This document shows positions 1-28,199 of a stretch of DNA of 64,000 nucleotides, in pieces. Within the stretch, counting starts at the first letter, position 1, and each line of letters opens with the position of its first letter. The stretch lies in NCBI GenBank assembly GCA_963693365.1, contig CAVNZM010000006.1:11349355-11413354 (forward strand), given 5' to 3'. The stretch comes from Amoebidium appalachense (Eukaryota > Protista > Ichthyosporea). Both the position numbers and the translations under genes were made by a program. The notes below the pieces were generated by a model. The model was not told the DNA's origin. It did no database searches and worked only from the letters and a program-made list of their open reading frames with translations.

Positions 1-981
1 ACCCCCCCCCCCCCCCCCCCCCTCCCCCCAAAGTGTCCCTTCCCCCCCCTCCCTCCACCCCCGCTTCTCCAAAAAAAAAAAACTGCCAATCCTTGCCTGA
101 GACTCTTGTCCCCCTCCCCAACCCCTCCCCCTCCCTTCCACCTGCACACCTACCCACAACCCATAACTCCCAATGCTCATCCTTGCCTGTGCTCCTCCTC
201 CTCCTCCCCCTCCCCCCCGACCCTCCAGGGCCTCCCCCCCCCCCCCCAAAAAAAAAAAAAAAAAATAGAAAAAACCCATCTCGTCATCCTTGCCTATTCT
301 CCCCCCCCTCCCCCCTCCCCCCCGTGTTTATCCCTTCAACGCCCCCCCCCTCCCCCCCTCCCCCCCCCCCCCCCCGGGGCTCATCTTTGCCTGTGTGCCT
401 CATCTTTGCCCAGTCCAGCCCCTCCCTCCCTCCCCCCTCCCCTCCCCCATGGAGAAAGAATTAAAAAAAATAACACCCCTCGTCATCCTCGCCTATTCCC
501 CCCTGCCCCCTCTCCCCCTCCCCTCCCTCTCCCCGTCTTTTTCCCTTGAGCTTCCCCCCCCCCTCCCCCTCCCCTCCCCCCCCCCGACCACCATCATCAA
601 GGTGCTTCACCACAACCACACTCAACCTCCACACACACATGCACCCAAAAAAGATAAAAAACAAAAAAAAAGACTCCAATCCTATCTATCGATCAGCCTA
701 TAGAACCCCAGTGCCATAATCCAACCCGTTCATCTTTCTAAACCTTCTTTTCCGTCCACCCTTACGCTCACCACCCCATCCTTTCCGTACTCGGCTAAAC
801 TAATCACCTCGCCTTACCGAACATTCCTTCACCAACCCCCCCACACTGCTTCCCCTCCATCCCCCCACCGAACCCCACCGTCCCCTCCTCCCCCCAACCA
901 CCACCATCCTGCCCCCGAAGTGAGGGAGTGACATAAGGCATCTCCCGGGGCGGGGGTGGGGGGAGGGGGGGTGGGGGAGGG

Positions 982-1026
<45 letters not shown>

Positions 1027-1032
1027 CTTTAC

Positions 1033-1956
1033 CCTTTCTGCCCTGGCCGGCCAGCAGAGCCGGGGCCAGGTAAGTCTGCTGGGGGCTGGTGTCTGCCGGG
1101 GTGGCTGGGGCCTTGCTGCTGAGAAACTCCCGCAGTGATGGCACACCGGCCAGCCGGTCACCCCCCTGCCCTGACGTGCTGTGGTGCCGCACACCCACGG
1201 CACCCTGATAGTGGGGAGGCCAGAGGTGTGGGTGAGGGAGAAGAAAAAGAACAGTGCTAGGCCAGGATAGGATGTGTAGGGGTGGGAAGGCCCACTGCAG
1301 CTACTATGACCTGGGCCTTGCTCGTAGCCTCTACTGGCACTGTGAGCAGGGAGCAGGCACACGGGTTTATGCGTGCAAGCCTGAGGGTGTCTACGTCGTG
1401 TTGTGCGACAGTGTATGTGTGTGCGTACCTGTCTATTTATGCATAGTTTGGGTGTGCATCTGCACGTTCTGTGCTTACGTGTGTCCTCCTTTGTGCATGT
1501 CCGTGCGCGCCCTTGCGTGCGTGTGTAACATCTTTAAGGAATATCGTGCCCTGATATATGTTTATCAGCGTCTCAGGAGGCATTCACGTTCGCTCTTTGG
1601 TGTCTGGTGTTCCGCTCTGTGAACTGGGCCTGTCCTAGCCTAACGTATGTGTTGTTTGGCTGAATAGTGAAAAGCACTTTTAAAACACATGCAGTAGCTC
1701 AAGCACCCCGAAGCCATTAGCAGTGGAGCACAGTCTGAGCCCAGAACGTGTTTCACTTGTCCCCCATGGTACTCCAAGCAAGGAAGGTGCACATTCCCCA
1801 TGCATTTTTTTCTCCCCTCCCCTAACCTCGCCACCATCCAGGTTCATTCATCCATCCCTTCCCCCACCTCAACCCCACAGAAGTCCCACCCACCTGGCGT
1901 GTTGCTCTGCTGCGCCACTGTGCCGCCTGGCGCGCAAGTCGTCGAGCCAAGGCCAT
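1033..1956 (-). CDS. CDK5RAP1: 5' part of mitochondrial tRNA methylthiotransferase (CDK5RAP1/MiaB family); gene runs off the window start
   Basis: Exons 1956-1894 (MALARRLARQAAQWRSRATRQ, Arg/Ala-rich transit-peptide-like) and 1204-1033 (GAVGVRHHST...DRLAGVPSLREFLSSK...TYLAPALLAGQGRK|V) are joined by a GT-AG phase-0 intron. This resembles the CDK5RAP1 N-terminus just before the 'GRKVYLETYGCQMN' motif. Catalytic domains are not in the window. Confidence 0.7.
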
Positions 1957-2562
1957 AGTGAGACAGTGGCTGTGGGGCACACAATGTGGGGCAAAGGTTT
2001 ACAGAGGGCTGCAGTCGCAAGCCGCAGTTGCTTGGCCACAGTTCGGCCTTCACTGATTTTGCCTGCCGCCAGCGGCAGGTGTGCCGCCCAGATACTAGTG
2101 GGTGGGTGCGGTGCTAGCGCCTCACTGTGCCTGCACCTACCGTATAACTTCTTACGCGGCACCTACACAGAAAGTGATGGCACTACACTTGCAACAGAAC
2201 ACAGCATATACAAACTTGGTTCGTGCATGCGGACTTGGCATCTTGGTGTATGTACACGCGGTGACGCGAGTGGCGCGGCCATTAGCGTCAGCCAACCATT
2301 TCCATCGTACTAACACATTTTACGCAAACTAATGAACCCAAAGAATGGCCTTTGCTGATTGGGGCACTAAAACGGCAAACCTCGGGAGTCCTCAGGAAAC
2401 CTCGGGAGTTCTCGAGCATGTGGTGGCTGGGGCCTGAACTTCCGGAAGTGCGCCCTGCAAGCCAGGCAAGAGCTGGTCCGAGAAAACGCACAGCAGATCT
2501 CTTGGGCCTCGACACGGTGGAATCCCCGGTGCCGCAGAGGGTGAATGTTTGGGGCTAGGCTG

Positions 2563-8945
<6,383 letters not shown>

Positions 8946-9785
8946 CCTCGCCTCAGTGCGCCCACAGCCCCCAGCAGCCTGTGAGAAGCTAGACACAGCC
9001 AGGAGAACTTGATAAAAACATGATCATGCTTCATAAGCCATGACGGCTGAGGCGATGCGTGCAAGGCCAATCAGAGGATGATGACGTGATTTGCAATGAA
9101 GATAATTTGTGACGTTAACTGAAGCCAGTGCACACGTCTCGTAGGGCACACTGAGTGTACGTGGCACTGCCACCAGCCCTGCACCTTAAATACGTTGGCC
9201 ATAGTGCTGCAGAATTTGCCCTGTATACAGTCAGTGGACTAGGACTTCAAGGTTTTCCATACCCTCGCGGTTTATGGAAGCCTGTTCTCCGAACGGTGGC
9301 AACGTTGTCATCGGCTGCTCACGAACACCGCCGGCTACGGCCCAAGGAGACTGGGACACCTGCCGGGACAGCCCCGCGGCCGCCGCCTAACGATTTGGTT
9401 GACAGTGCAGCGCACTGGCCGGTGTAAACGTTTATCATATTTGCAAAGATCTGTTATTTCGTTGAAGTTTATTAATGTAGGCGATTTTGAAACTCATTTT
9501 ACTTTCTTGAAAATATAAAGGAAGCTGGAAGCCTGAGACTCCTGTGGTTTTCTGTTATTAAAGTCCGTAGATCTATCGCAGGCAATCTCCTTAGACTCAC
9601 CGCTTATCAAGTCGACGCTGATTGGCTGTAATTGCATCGCATCAGCTATAAAACCCCGCTGCAGGTTCGTGAGTGAATCAGTCGAGCAGCTGTCAAGTTG
9701 GCAACAACATCACTTAGAAGAGTGATCCTTTAGATTTAGACGGCTCTTCCTTCACGATAAGCACACGAAAGCACCAGCCGATGTA
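8946..9785. promoter_or_regulatory. Divergent promoter region between TIPRL and the P-type ATPase
   Basis: Repeat-free 840 bp between head-to-head ATGs. CCAAT at 9067-9071, TGACGT at 9082-9087, ATTGG at 9621-9625, TATAAAA at 9647-9653. Confidence 0.6.
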
Positions 9786-11056
9786 ATGGGTACCAAAAAT
9801 CGCCTCAGTTTCAGCGAAGACACGCCAGAAGTCTCGCGCCGAGGGGACCGTGAAGGCCTCGCTCTCGACATCGCACGGGGCAGCACTGTTGCACGTGCAT
9901 CCACGCTGTCACCATGGAGCGAGAGTGCGCGGCCGTCGACCATGTCCACCACCGAGGAGGTGGTGGCCTGGCACGCATTCGACCACGCAGACGAGGTGCT
10001 CGCCTGGCTCGACTCCTCCGGCGCGGGCCTGTCTGCGTCCGAGGCCAAGGAGAGGCTGCAAACAAACGGATACAACAGACTGACCCCGCCTGAAAAGCCC
10101 GGGTTTCTGAAGAAGCTGTGGAAGCAGACCAACAACACCATCACGTTTGTGCTGCTGGGCGCGGCCATCTTCACGGGGGCGGTGAAGGACTGGGCGGCCA
10201 TGGGGCTAATCCTTCTTGTGGTTGTCCTCAACGTGGCCATAGCCATGCTGCAGGAGGGCAAGGCCGAGAAGGCGGCCGATGCCATTAAGGCCATGCTGTC
10301 CCCCACGGCCAGTGTGCTGCGCGGCGGCCAGCAAACCAGCGTGCCGGCAGAGGAGCTGGTGCCCGGCGACGTGGTGCTGGTCAAGTCGGGCGACAAGGTG
10401 CCGGCAGACATGCGGCTGCTGGAGGCCACAAAGCTGCAGGTGGGTGGGTGGTGTGGCTGGGGGGGAAGGGGCGCACTGGGCCATTAATCGCATGGGTGGT
10501 GGAGAGCCTTGGAATGTTTATCCATGGCCGGGAGGTTTTGATTAACTTTGTGTTCATTTTTTGTCCTACGACTTATTATCTTCAGAGAAAAACGGGGGAC
10601 GGGGGGGGGGGGGGGGGGGGGGGGGGGGATATTGCTAAGGCAGCAGCTTTGCATTTTGCATTGAGGTCGGAGGGAAGGCTAGCTGGCAGTCAGGTCTGGA
10701 TTACATGGGAGAAATCAGACAGGCGCAGGTCAAAGAGGTGGCATGTCACAAGCTGTGCAATGTTGTCCATTCTGTCGGTGCACTACATCGTTTTTCACCA
10801 TGGTTCTCTTTTCCGTCTGCCACTTCTGCCCTACTAATATTTATCAAATTAATTGATGTCTGTGGAATTCATGCTCAATGGCATGCACCAAAAAAAAAAT
10901 TGGTTTTTTTGTTTGTTCTCTTTAAAGAAGGGGTTTTTTATTTGGGGGGATGGGGTTACTTATAAGTATTTCTGCATATGTATGTGTATTCGTGGATGTG
11001 TGTGTGTGCATGTGTTTGAGTGTCGCGTGTGCTGGGGGAGAGGATGGGGGGATGGG

Positions 11057-11107
<51 letters not shown>

Positions 11108-11261
11108 CTGCTAATTTTTTCCGGGGGGGGGGGGGGGGGGGGAGGGAGGAAGGGGATATAGGTGTGGGTCCTTCTGCACACCCACACCGACGGTGTGTCA
11201 TTGTTCAAACTATATGGTGTGTGTGTAATTTTTATGCTTATGCGCATGCAGGGGATGGGAT

Positions 11262-11301
<40 letters not shown>

Positions 11302-11314
11302 CTGGGGGGCTGCT

Positions 11315-11375
<61 letters not shown>

Positions 11376-12181
11376 AGGGGGGGATCCTTCTGCACACACT
11401 GTGACACACCCGAGTCTGTCATTGTTCAAATTATTTTGGTGTGTGTGTAATTTTTTGCTTATATGCACATAGTTCATTATTTATTTTTTTTGTTTATTTT
11501 GTTTTTGTTTTTTGTGGAGGGCTTTTTTCCCTGTCTTTTTCTTTTCTTTCTTTCTTTCTTTTTTTGTGTGTGACGGTGGGGGGAGAGGGGGAGGGGGGGA
11601 GGGGGGGGGGGGGAGGGGGGGGGGGGGGGGGGGGGGGGGGTCGTCTTCTGCACCCACATAGTGACTGCCTGACGTGGACTTCCCTCAACCAAACCAGGTG
11701 CAAGAGGCCATGCTGACGGGGGAGTCTGTGCCGGTTTCCAAATCCCTCCACCCGGCACGGGAGGAGGCCGCACTGGGGGAGAGAAAGTGCATGGTCTATA
11801 GCGCCACCACGGTGCTGGCCGGAAATGGGGTCGGGGTGGTGGTGGCCACGGGGGACAATGCGGAGATCGGCAAGATCAACACCATGATTGGCAAGGTGAC
11901 AGATGTGAAGACAAACCTGCTGATCCAGCTGGAGATTGTGGGCCGCTGGCTGACGGTCATGGTGGCCATTGTGGCCGTGGCGGCCTTCCTCCTGGCCTAT
12001 TTCCGTGCAGGCGAGAGCTGGCAGAGCGCCCTGACCTCGGCCGTGGCCATTGCCGTGGCCATCATCCCCGAGGGCCTGCCGGCCATGGTCACAATTACCC
12101 TAGCCATCGGCACGACCCTCATGGCCCGCAAGAACGCAATCATCCGCCAGCTGCCCTGCGTGGAGACCCTGGGCAGCCTGT

Positions 12182-12212
<31 letters not shown>

Positions 12213-13636
12213 GACCAAGAACGAGATGACCGCCGTGGCCGTGTGCACGGCCAGCCACACATACAGCGTCACGGGGGCGGGGTATGCGCCCGAGGGCAGG
12301 TTCGAGACCGAAAATGAGGGTGATTTGACTTCGGAGCAGAGAAAGACGGTCGAGTGGGTCATGCATGCGGCAGTGCTGTGCAACGACTCGTTCATCAGCC
12401 AGACCACACATGAGAGCGGCAAGACCATTTGGGTGCCAAATGGCCCACCCACCGAGGCAGCCCTGATTACGGCGGCAATGAAGGCGGGGTTGGAAATTTC
12501 ACAGGTGAAGGCAAAGGCAAAGAGGGTCGGTGCGGTTCCCTTCGAGTCCGACCACAAGTTCATGGCCACGGTGCACGATGAGGGCGGGGCACCGGTGATC
12601 TACGTGAAGGGTGCCCCGGACCGCATCATGCCGCTGTGTGCCACACAGGTGACGTGTGTGGATGCAGATAGCAATGGCCAGGACACGGTGGCCGTGGTCC
12701 CGTTTGATGCCCAGTTTTGGGGCCGCAGCCAGGCAGACCTGAGCAGCAAGGGCCTGCGGGTGCTTGCCCTGTGCAGGTGCGTGTGCCTATTTGTTATTTC
12801 TGGCCGTATGGCAGGCTGCTCACACACACTCAAGTGCGAATTTAGGGTTACATCATTTGCATGCGGTTCGGCACTGGGATGAAATTCTCCCTATGCATTC
12901 CACTCTTCCGTTACTGTCGCAACACCCCCAGCATATCCTTCGTACTTGAATCACGCACACACACATGGAATAGAAACACGTAGGGAAACACATGAAGCGA
13001 CACGCATACACTCATACACAAGTGTGTGTGCGCAAACACATACACACACATACGCACTGCTACAGTAGCAGGCACATTGACCCGCACACACCTTGTGGCA
13101 CACACATATGTGCATTGCAGACAACTGCATACATGCACAAGCACACATGGGCAGGCACAGACACTCGCTCATATGCCATGCAAACACACATGCACGGTGC
13201 CACATGCCGTTCCGCACATGTAGCACCCACACGCACCGTGGCATGCGTACCATATGTATGTTGAATAAAATCTACCTTTCTGCCCACACTTCCCGGGGGC
13301 CCCGTCCTATCCCCCCCCCCCCCCCCCCCCCCCCTCCCCCCTTGGCCGCACCTATGCAGGGGTTTCTCCCAAACGCCCGCTGCCCCCCTCCCCATCCCAG
13401 CCACCTGCACGTGCACATGAGCACCCAATGCGGACCCTAACAGGCATTTGCACACAGGGGCACACTATCACCCACAGAGGACATGGCCGAGCTCTCTGCA
13501 TCTGCACTCATCAATCGGCCTCCCTTCCTCTCCATGGTGGCCCTGGTGGCCATCTGGGACCCCCCCCAGGGAGGAGGCAAAGACGGCCGTGCACATAGCA
13601 CGCCAGGCAGGCATCACCGTCAAGATGATCACAGGT

Positions 13637-13687
<51 letters not shown>

Positions 13688-13981
13688 GGGGGGGGGTGGG
13701 TGTGCTGACGGTGTAAAGGGGGTATTGGTTGGTCGTGGTGTTGAACGGGTGTGCTGGCTACATTGGTCGGCTCTAAGCTGTGGTGGGCACCTTCATAGTT
13801 GTATGTGCTGGTGGTTTCCCTTGTCAAAGAGGGGGGCAGGACGAGAGAGCACATTTCGTTTCTTTTTCTTTTTTTCTTTTTTCTTTTTTTTTTTTTTTTT
13901 TTGGGGGGGGGGGGGGGGGGGAGGAGTGGAGGAACGGGGAGGGGGGGGGGGGGAGTTGGGGGGAGGGGGGTATATATGGTT

Positions 13982-14023
<42 letters not shown>

Positions 14024-15224
14024 GGGGGGGGGAGGGGAGGGGGGGAGGGGGGGGGGGGGGGGGGAAGGGAGGGGGAAAGGAGGAGAACCCGCGGTTCACG
14101 GTTCATATGTGCAACCTACACCCAGCCGCCCAATCACAGTACACCATCAGACACACAGCTAAAGGCAGCCATCCAACCACAGTGCACCATCAGACACGCA
14201 GCTATAGGCAGCCACCCAATCACAGTGCACCATTAGACACATAGTACATGCACCCTACAAGAAATCACCCAATCAAATTAGTGCAACCCAAGTCAGCTAT
14301 CCAATCACATAGTATTGTTTATGCAACCTAACCAACAACCCAATCACATCGCATCATCAGACACGCAGCCGTTGGCCAATCACCGGTAAATGGCGCACCG
14401 CGTATTACAGTCAACCTGTATACACAACTTTGAAACCAACCATCCAATCACAGTGCAATTTATTAATAAACCCAACCACCCAATGACACAGCACCATTAT
14501 GGACAACCCAAGCTAACCACCCAGCCACCCAATCACCATGCATCTTTGCACGCACACTAAAGCCAGCCACCCAATCACCATGCATCTTGGCACGCACACT
14601 AAAGCCAGCCACCCAATCACCATGCATCTTGGCACGCACACTAAAGCCAGCCACCCAATCACCATGCATCTTGGCACGCACACTAAAGCGAGCCACCGGC
14701 ACGCACACTAAAGCGAGCCACCCAATCACCAAGCATCTTCGCACACACACTAAAGCCAGCCGCCCAATCACAGGGGACCATGCCTTAACGGCGCTTGCGA
14801 TTGGGCGCATGCTGGGGATCCAGGGCCACGACACGGTGATCACTGGGCCGGAGATCGACGGCATGGAGGATGCGGACCTGCAGCACGTGGTGCTGGACTG
14901 CCACGTGTATGCACGTGCATCCCCAGAGAACAAGCTGCGCATAGTAAGAGCACTGCAGCACCACAGAGAGGTCGTGGCCATGACGGGCGATGGCGTGAAC
15001 GACGCACCAGCACTTAAGGGTGTGTGTGTGGGGGGGGGGGGGGGGGGGGGGAGGGGGGGGGGGAAGGGGGGGGGGGGGGGGGGGGAAGGGAGACCGAACT
15101 GTGGATGGGTAGGCAAGGGCTGTCGGGGTGTGGACGTGGCCATGGGGGGAGGGACACGAGGCTGCATGGGAGTGAGTGCCTAAGAAATGGATTAACTGGA
15201 AGTAAGAGAGGGCCCCGGGACCCT

Positions 15225-15276
<52 letters not shown>

Positions 15277-15521
15277 GAAGGGCACACGAGTGCATTGCCT
15301 AAGGGCACACGAGTGCATTGCCTGCAAACAAAGGAGGGGCAAATTAGGCCGGGAGGGAAGGGAGGTGTGTTCCGCATTGTTCTGTCAAGTAAAGATAAGG
15401 GATTTGCCTGGAAGAGGGGGGAAGCGGCAATGGGTTCCCTCCCTTCCCCCCACCCCCCCCCCCCAACCCCTGCCCCATTATTGTTTCTATCCAAGTATGT
15501 AGTGTGTGGGGCGGGGGGGAA

Positions 15522-15552
<31 letters not shown>

Positions 15553-16573
15553 GGAAGGGAGGAGGGGGGGCGGTTACATGCCACTTTCAACAGGAAGCTC
15601 GGTTGTGCGGCTGTGGCTCTAACGTGTGTTCTGGCCTGCAGCTGCGGACGTAGGTGTGGCCATGGGCATCACGGGCACAGACGTCAGCAAAGAGGCCGCC
15701 AAGATGGTGCTGGCTGATGACAACTTTGCGAGCATCGTGGAGGCAGTCAGGGAGGGCCGCAGGGTGTGGGACAACCTGCGCAAGATCTTGGTCTTCAACC
15801 TGCCCGTCAACCTGGCCCAGGGCTGCTCGATCCTGTGGGCCTATGTGTTTGGCCCGTTGTTTGACTCCCCCGATGCCCCCCTGACGGTGGTGCAGGTGCT
15901 GTACGTCAACATGTTAACATCAGTCACCATCGGCCTTATGCTGGCCCTCGAGCCTCCTGAGCCCGGCGTCATGGAGCGCACCCCGCGGCTGCCCGGCAAG
16001 CGGCTGGTGGGCAAGCTGATTGTGTGGCGGGTGTTCTTTGTGTCGACCCTGCTGGTGGTGCTGGTGCTGGCCATGTTCTACTGGAGCATCAGGGGCCACA
16101 CATTGGCACAGCGCCGGGCAGAGGCCATGTCAGTGCTTGTGTTCTGCCAGATCGGATACTCGGTGACTGTGCGCTACATCAAGCAGGCCACCATCCACCC
16201 AAGAGTCCTGAGGGGCAACCCCTGGTGCCTGGCCGCCATCCTGGCCACGGCAGGGCTGCAGATGTTTGCGGTCTATGTGCCGGGGGTCAATACGTTTCTG
16301 GGCATGGAGGCTATGGATGGCTACCAGGTGGCCAGGACGCTGTGTTGCATGGTGGCCGTGTACGTGGTTGTGGAGATCGAGAAGGCACTGGTAGACCCAG
16401 TGCTCATGCCCTTGATAAGGCCATTCCTCGTGCTGATTGGCCAGCACACACCCGCCTACCTGCGCCAGTCGGTCATGGAGAGGGAGCAGGCAGGGCGCAT
16501 GGCCAGCGACCACATGACCCACAGAAGAAGGTTTTCAAAGAGGATGCGCAGGTTGGGCAAGGACAAGAAGTAG
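9786..16573 (+). CDS. P2-type cation-transporting P-type ATPase (bacterial CtpF/PacL-like), 5 exons
   Basis: Exons 9786-10439, 11698-12776, 13458-13634, 14774-15019 and 15642-16573. Motifs: [70 protein letters not shown]. One extra C in the run at 13561-13567 breaks 'DPPREEAK' (probable assembly error). Confidence 0.93.
11100..11470. repeat. Imperfect ~220-bp tandem duplication in ATPase intron 1
   Basis: The block 'gctgcta..ttt..polyG..tccttctgcacac..tgtcattgttcaaa..ggtgtgtgtgtaattttt..gcttat' occurs twice, with a partial third copy near 11640. Confidence 0.75.
14519..14770. repeat. 42-bp minisatellite (cccaatcaccatgcatcttggcacgcacactaaagccagcca) at the 3' end of ATPase intron 3
   Basis: About 5-6 copies, the last running into the acceptor at 14772-14773. 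Degenerate CCAATCA units extend upstream to ~14120. Confidence 0.85.
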
Positions 16574-16949
16574 GAGGGGGGGGGGGGGGGGGGGGGGGTA
16601 TGGGCGTGTTTCTTGACACGCCTAGGCATTGGTTTGTGCTGGGGCTTTGATAAGTTTATGTGCGGCAAAGCTAATGCCGTAAGATTTTTGATGATGTTTT
16701 GAACGGATTCGTTGTGCGATTCCATTTTCTCGCATATTATCTTCTTCTGTAAACTATGTAAGGTCAAACCACAGTTCATTTTTGCCCATTCGACCCCCAT
16801 GTACGAACAATCGAATAGTCTCTGAGCCTACTTTATAAACTTTATAAGCCTTTATAAACTTTACTTTATAAGCCTACTTTATAAACTGGCCAAGGCTGTG
16901 ATACAAGAGGAGATACAAAATGAGGCCTCTCCCCCCTCCCTCCCCCCCC

Positions 16950-17361
16950 TCCCCGCGCGAACAAAGAAAAAGCACAAGCGTCCACAACTCCTCCCCCCAT
17001 TCCCCCCCCTCCCCCCCCCCCCCCCCCCCCCCTTTCCCCCCGCCGCGAAAAAGAAAAACCACAAGCAACCACACCTCTCCCCACATTTGGACCCCCCCCC
17101 CCCCCTCCCGGCCGCAAAGAAGAAAAATCACAAGGATCCACACCCCTCCCATTCCAACCCCTCCCCCTCCCCCCCCCCCCCCCCCCCCCCCCGCGAAATA
17201 AACAACGGCACAAGCGTCCGGAGCTCTCCCCTCATTCGAACCTACCCCCTCCCCCCCCCCCCCCTCCTCTCCCCCTCCCCCCCCCCCCCGCGAAAGACAG
17301 ACAGATGAACTACAAGCATCCGCAGCTCTCTCCCCATTCGACATCCCTCCCCCCTCCCCCC

Positions 17362-17397
<36 letters not shown>

Positions 17398-17765
17398 CCG
17401 CGAAAAATGGAAATACTTCCACGAGCACCTCTCCCTCCATTCCACACCCAACCTCCCCCCCCCCCTCCCCCCGCAGCGAAATAAGAGAAACAATCATCCA
17501 TAACTCTCCCCCCATTTGACCCCCCGGCCCCCCGGCCCCCCCCCCCCCCCCCCCCCTCCCCCCTCTCCCCCTCCCCCCCCTCCCCCTCCTCCCCCTCTCC
17601 CCCCCCCCCCCTCCCCCCCCTCCCCCCTCCCCCCCCCTCCCCCCTCCCCCCCCCCCCCCCCCCCGCCCTCCGGATTCCTCCTCTGCCCCCCCCCAACCCC
17701 CCCACCCCCTCCCCCCGTGAAAAGAAAACCACAAGCATCCGCACTCCCCTCCCTATTTGAACTCC
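16950..17765. repeat. Array of ~8 diverged ~50-nt cores separated by poly-C tracts
   Basis: Core ccgcgaaa(a/g-rich)acaagc.tcc...ctctccc..att at ~16951, 17041, 17111, 17191, 17290, 17396, 17471 and 17715. Confidence 0.65.
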
Positions 17766-18837
17766 CCCCCTCCCCTCCCCCCCTTCCTCCAGCCCTTTTC
17801 TTTTCTTTTTTTTCCCTGGAACAAAAGAAAAATTTTAAAGGATGCCCATCCCCGCCCCCAACCTGTACGTGGTGCCTGCATATACACATGTACATTCTAT
17901 CCAATCAATCACTCGTATTCGTTTGTTTCTGTTTCATCTTTGCTGTCGGATGTGTTGCCGCACAAAAAACCGAGATGTGGTGGCCGTACAGCACCCTAGA
18001 CAGGCTAGTGTGTGTCGGTGTGTGTATTTGGATGTTGGCAGAGGTGGTGGGGAGGCACGGCGTATCGGGGTTTGGGGAGGGGGGAAAGGGGCACTTAGAG
18101 GCTATACCTACATACACATAGGGCATTTCATCACAGCAATGATGCCATGGTGCTGGTTGCCCGAGATTGCGCTGCGGGTCTGTACATGCAATTAAAAAAT
18201 ACCCCCCCTCCCCTCCCCCCACCACACACGCACACGGGCAATGGGATTGTGTGGAAAATTCCCAACCAATCCACCTACCACGCCCCACCATCAATGGGGC
18301 CCCGATCGACCCTCTCGCTGACTCACCCATCCCTGCTCCACAGCCACTGGCAACCCAACATCACCCCAAACACACCGAATCCCCACTCTGCTCTTGTGCA
18401 TGCTACCCCTCAAGGCCACCCCCACCCAGTGTACACACACCACCTCCCGACGGCGACTGCTTGGACTCTCTCGCACAAAAAGGAGGAAAGACAAAGACAA
18501 AGTACAAGGTCAGAGAGAAAAGAAAAAAGAAAGAACTGAAATCACGCAACACCAGTCAGCCCAGCACACTTCGGACACTTCCCTGCATATCATAATCCTC
18601 GCAGCGTGATTTATCCTGTTTGTAGTCCAAGCTTAATTAACATCTTTATTAGCAGACCTCTTTACAGGCCAACCTCTTTATTTGCCAACCTATACTGTTA
18701 GGCAGCCATATTGATTTGTTGGGCTGCACACTGCATCCATAGTGCCCATATACATACACATGGCTTTACACACACGTGCTCAAAATTACACGTGGCAATA
18801 TATATATATATGTGTGTGTATATATATATGTATATGT

Positions 18838-18870
<33 letters not shown>

Positions 18871-19044
18871 CTGGCTATACAATATACACCTGGCTATACA
18901 CCTGGCCATATAACACACAACTGGCTATACCCTTACACCTTGCTATACATGCACATGGCGTGCACATGCACCCACCATCGCTACCCATTCATGCCTAGTA
19001 GTATTACCTACACCCATTCATACGCGCACCCACCATTCACCCTG

Positions 19045-27809
<8,765 letters not shown>

Positions 27810-28199
27810 GCTTTGCCCTGCAGCCTGTGTGTTTGGGGTTCCTGCAAAGAGGCATCCAGCATGCATCTTTGCTCCGTGAACCGTCAATCGAAAACAGGGA
27901 TCCCCCGTCACACTCTTTTCCGTTCCCAAGCGGCACAAGTTGCAGCGGTTGCTGGTACTTCCCTATAGTGATGGGGAGGGGGGACTTACCCTCCAGCGGG
28001 CGCCACGTACCAAGCGAGTCAGGGCGGCGGTGGCGCGCTGCCGCAGGTCGGGACAGGAAAGCGGCATGGCGTGTGGGCTACATAGCCAGGGTGCAACCGT
28101 TGCGCCTGGGTGGCCTTGGGGCAGCCACAGGAACAGCTGTCGGGAAAGTGCGCCTAGAAGCCAGGCTTGCACCTGTTTCTCTCTACTTACATGTAGCCC

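Noticed and set aside
13555-13570. ATPase frameshift suggesting a pseudogene
   Set aside because: A single extra C in a homopolymer of an otherwise intact gene; assembly error is more likely.
27990-28067. Upstream ATG exon (MPLSCPDLRQR...) as start of the beta-helix gene
   Set aside because: Its phase does not chain into the frame that yields the membrane anchor and downstream repeats; more likely a 5' UTR exon or uORF.
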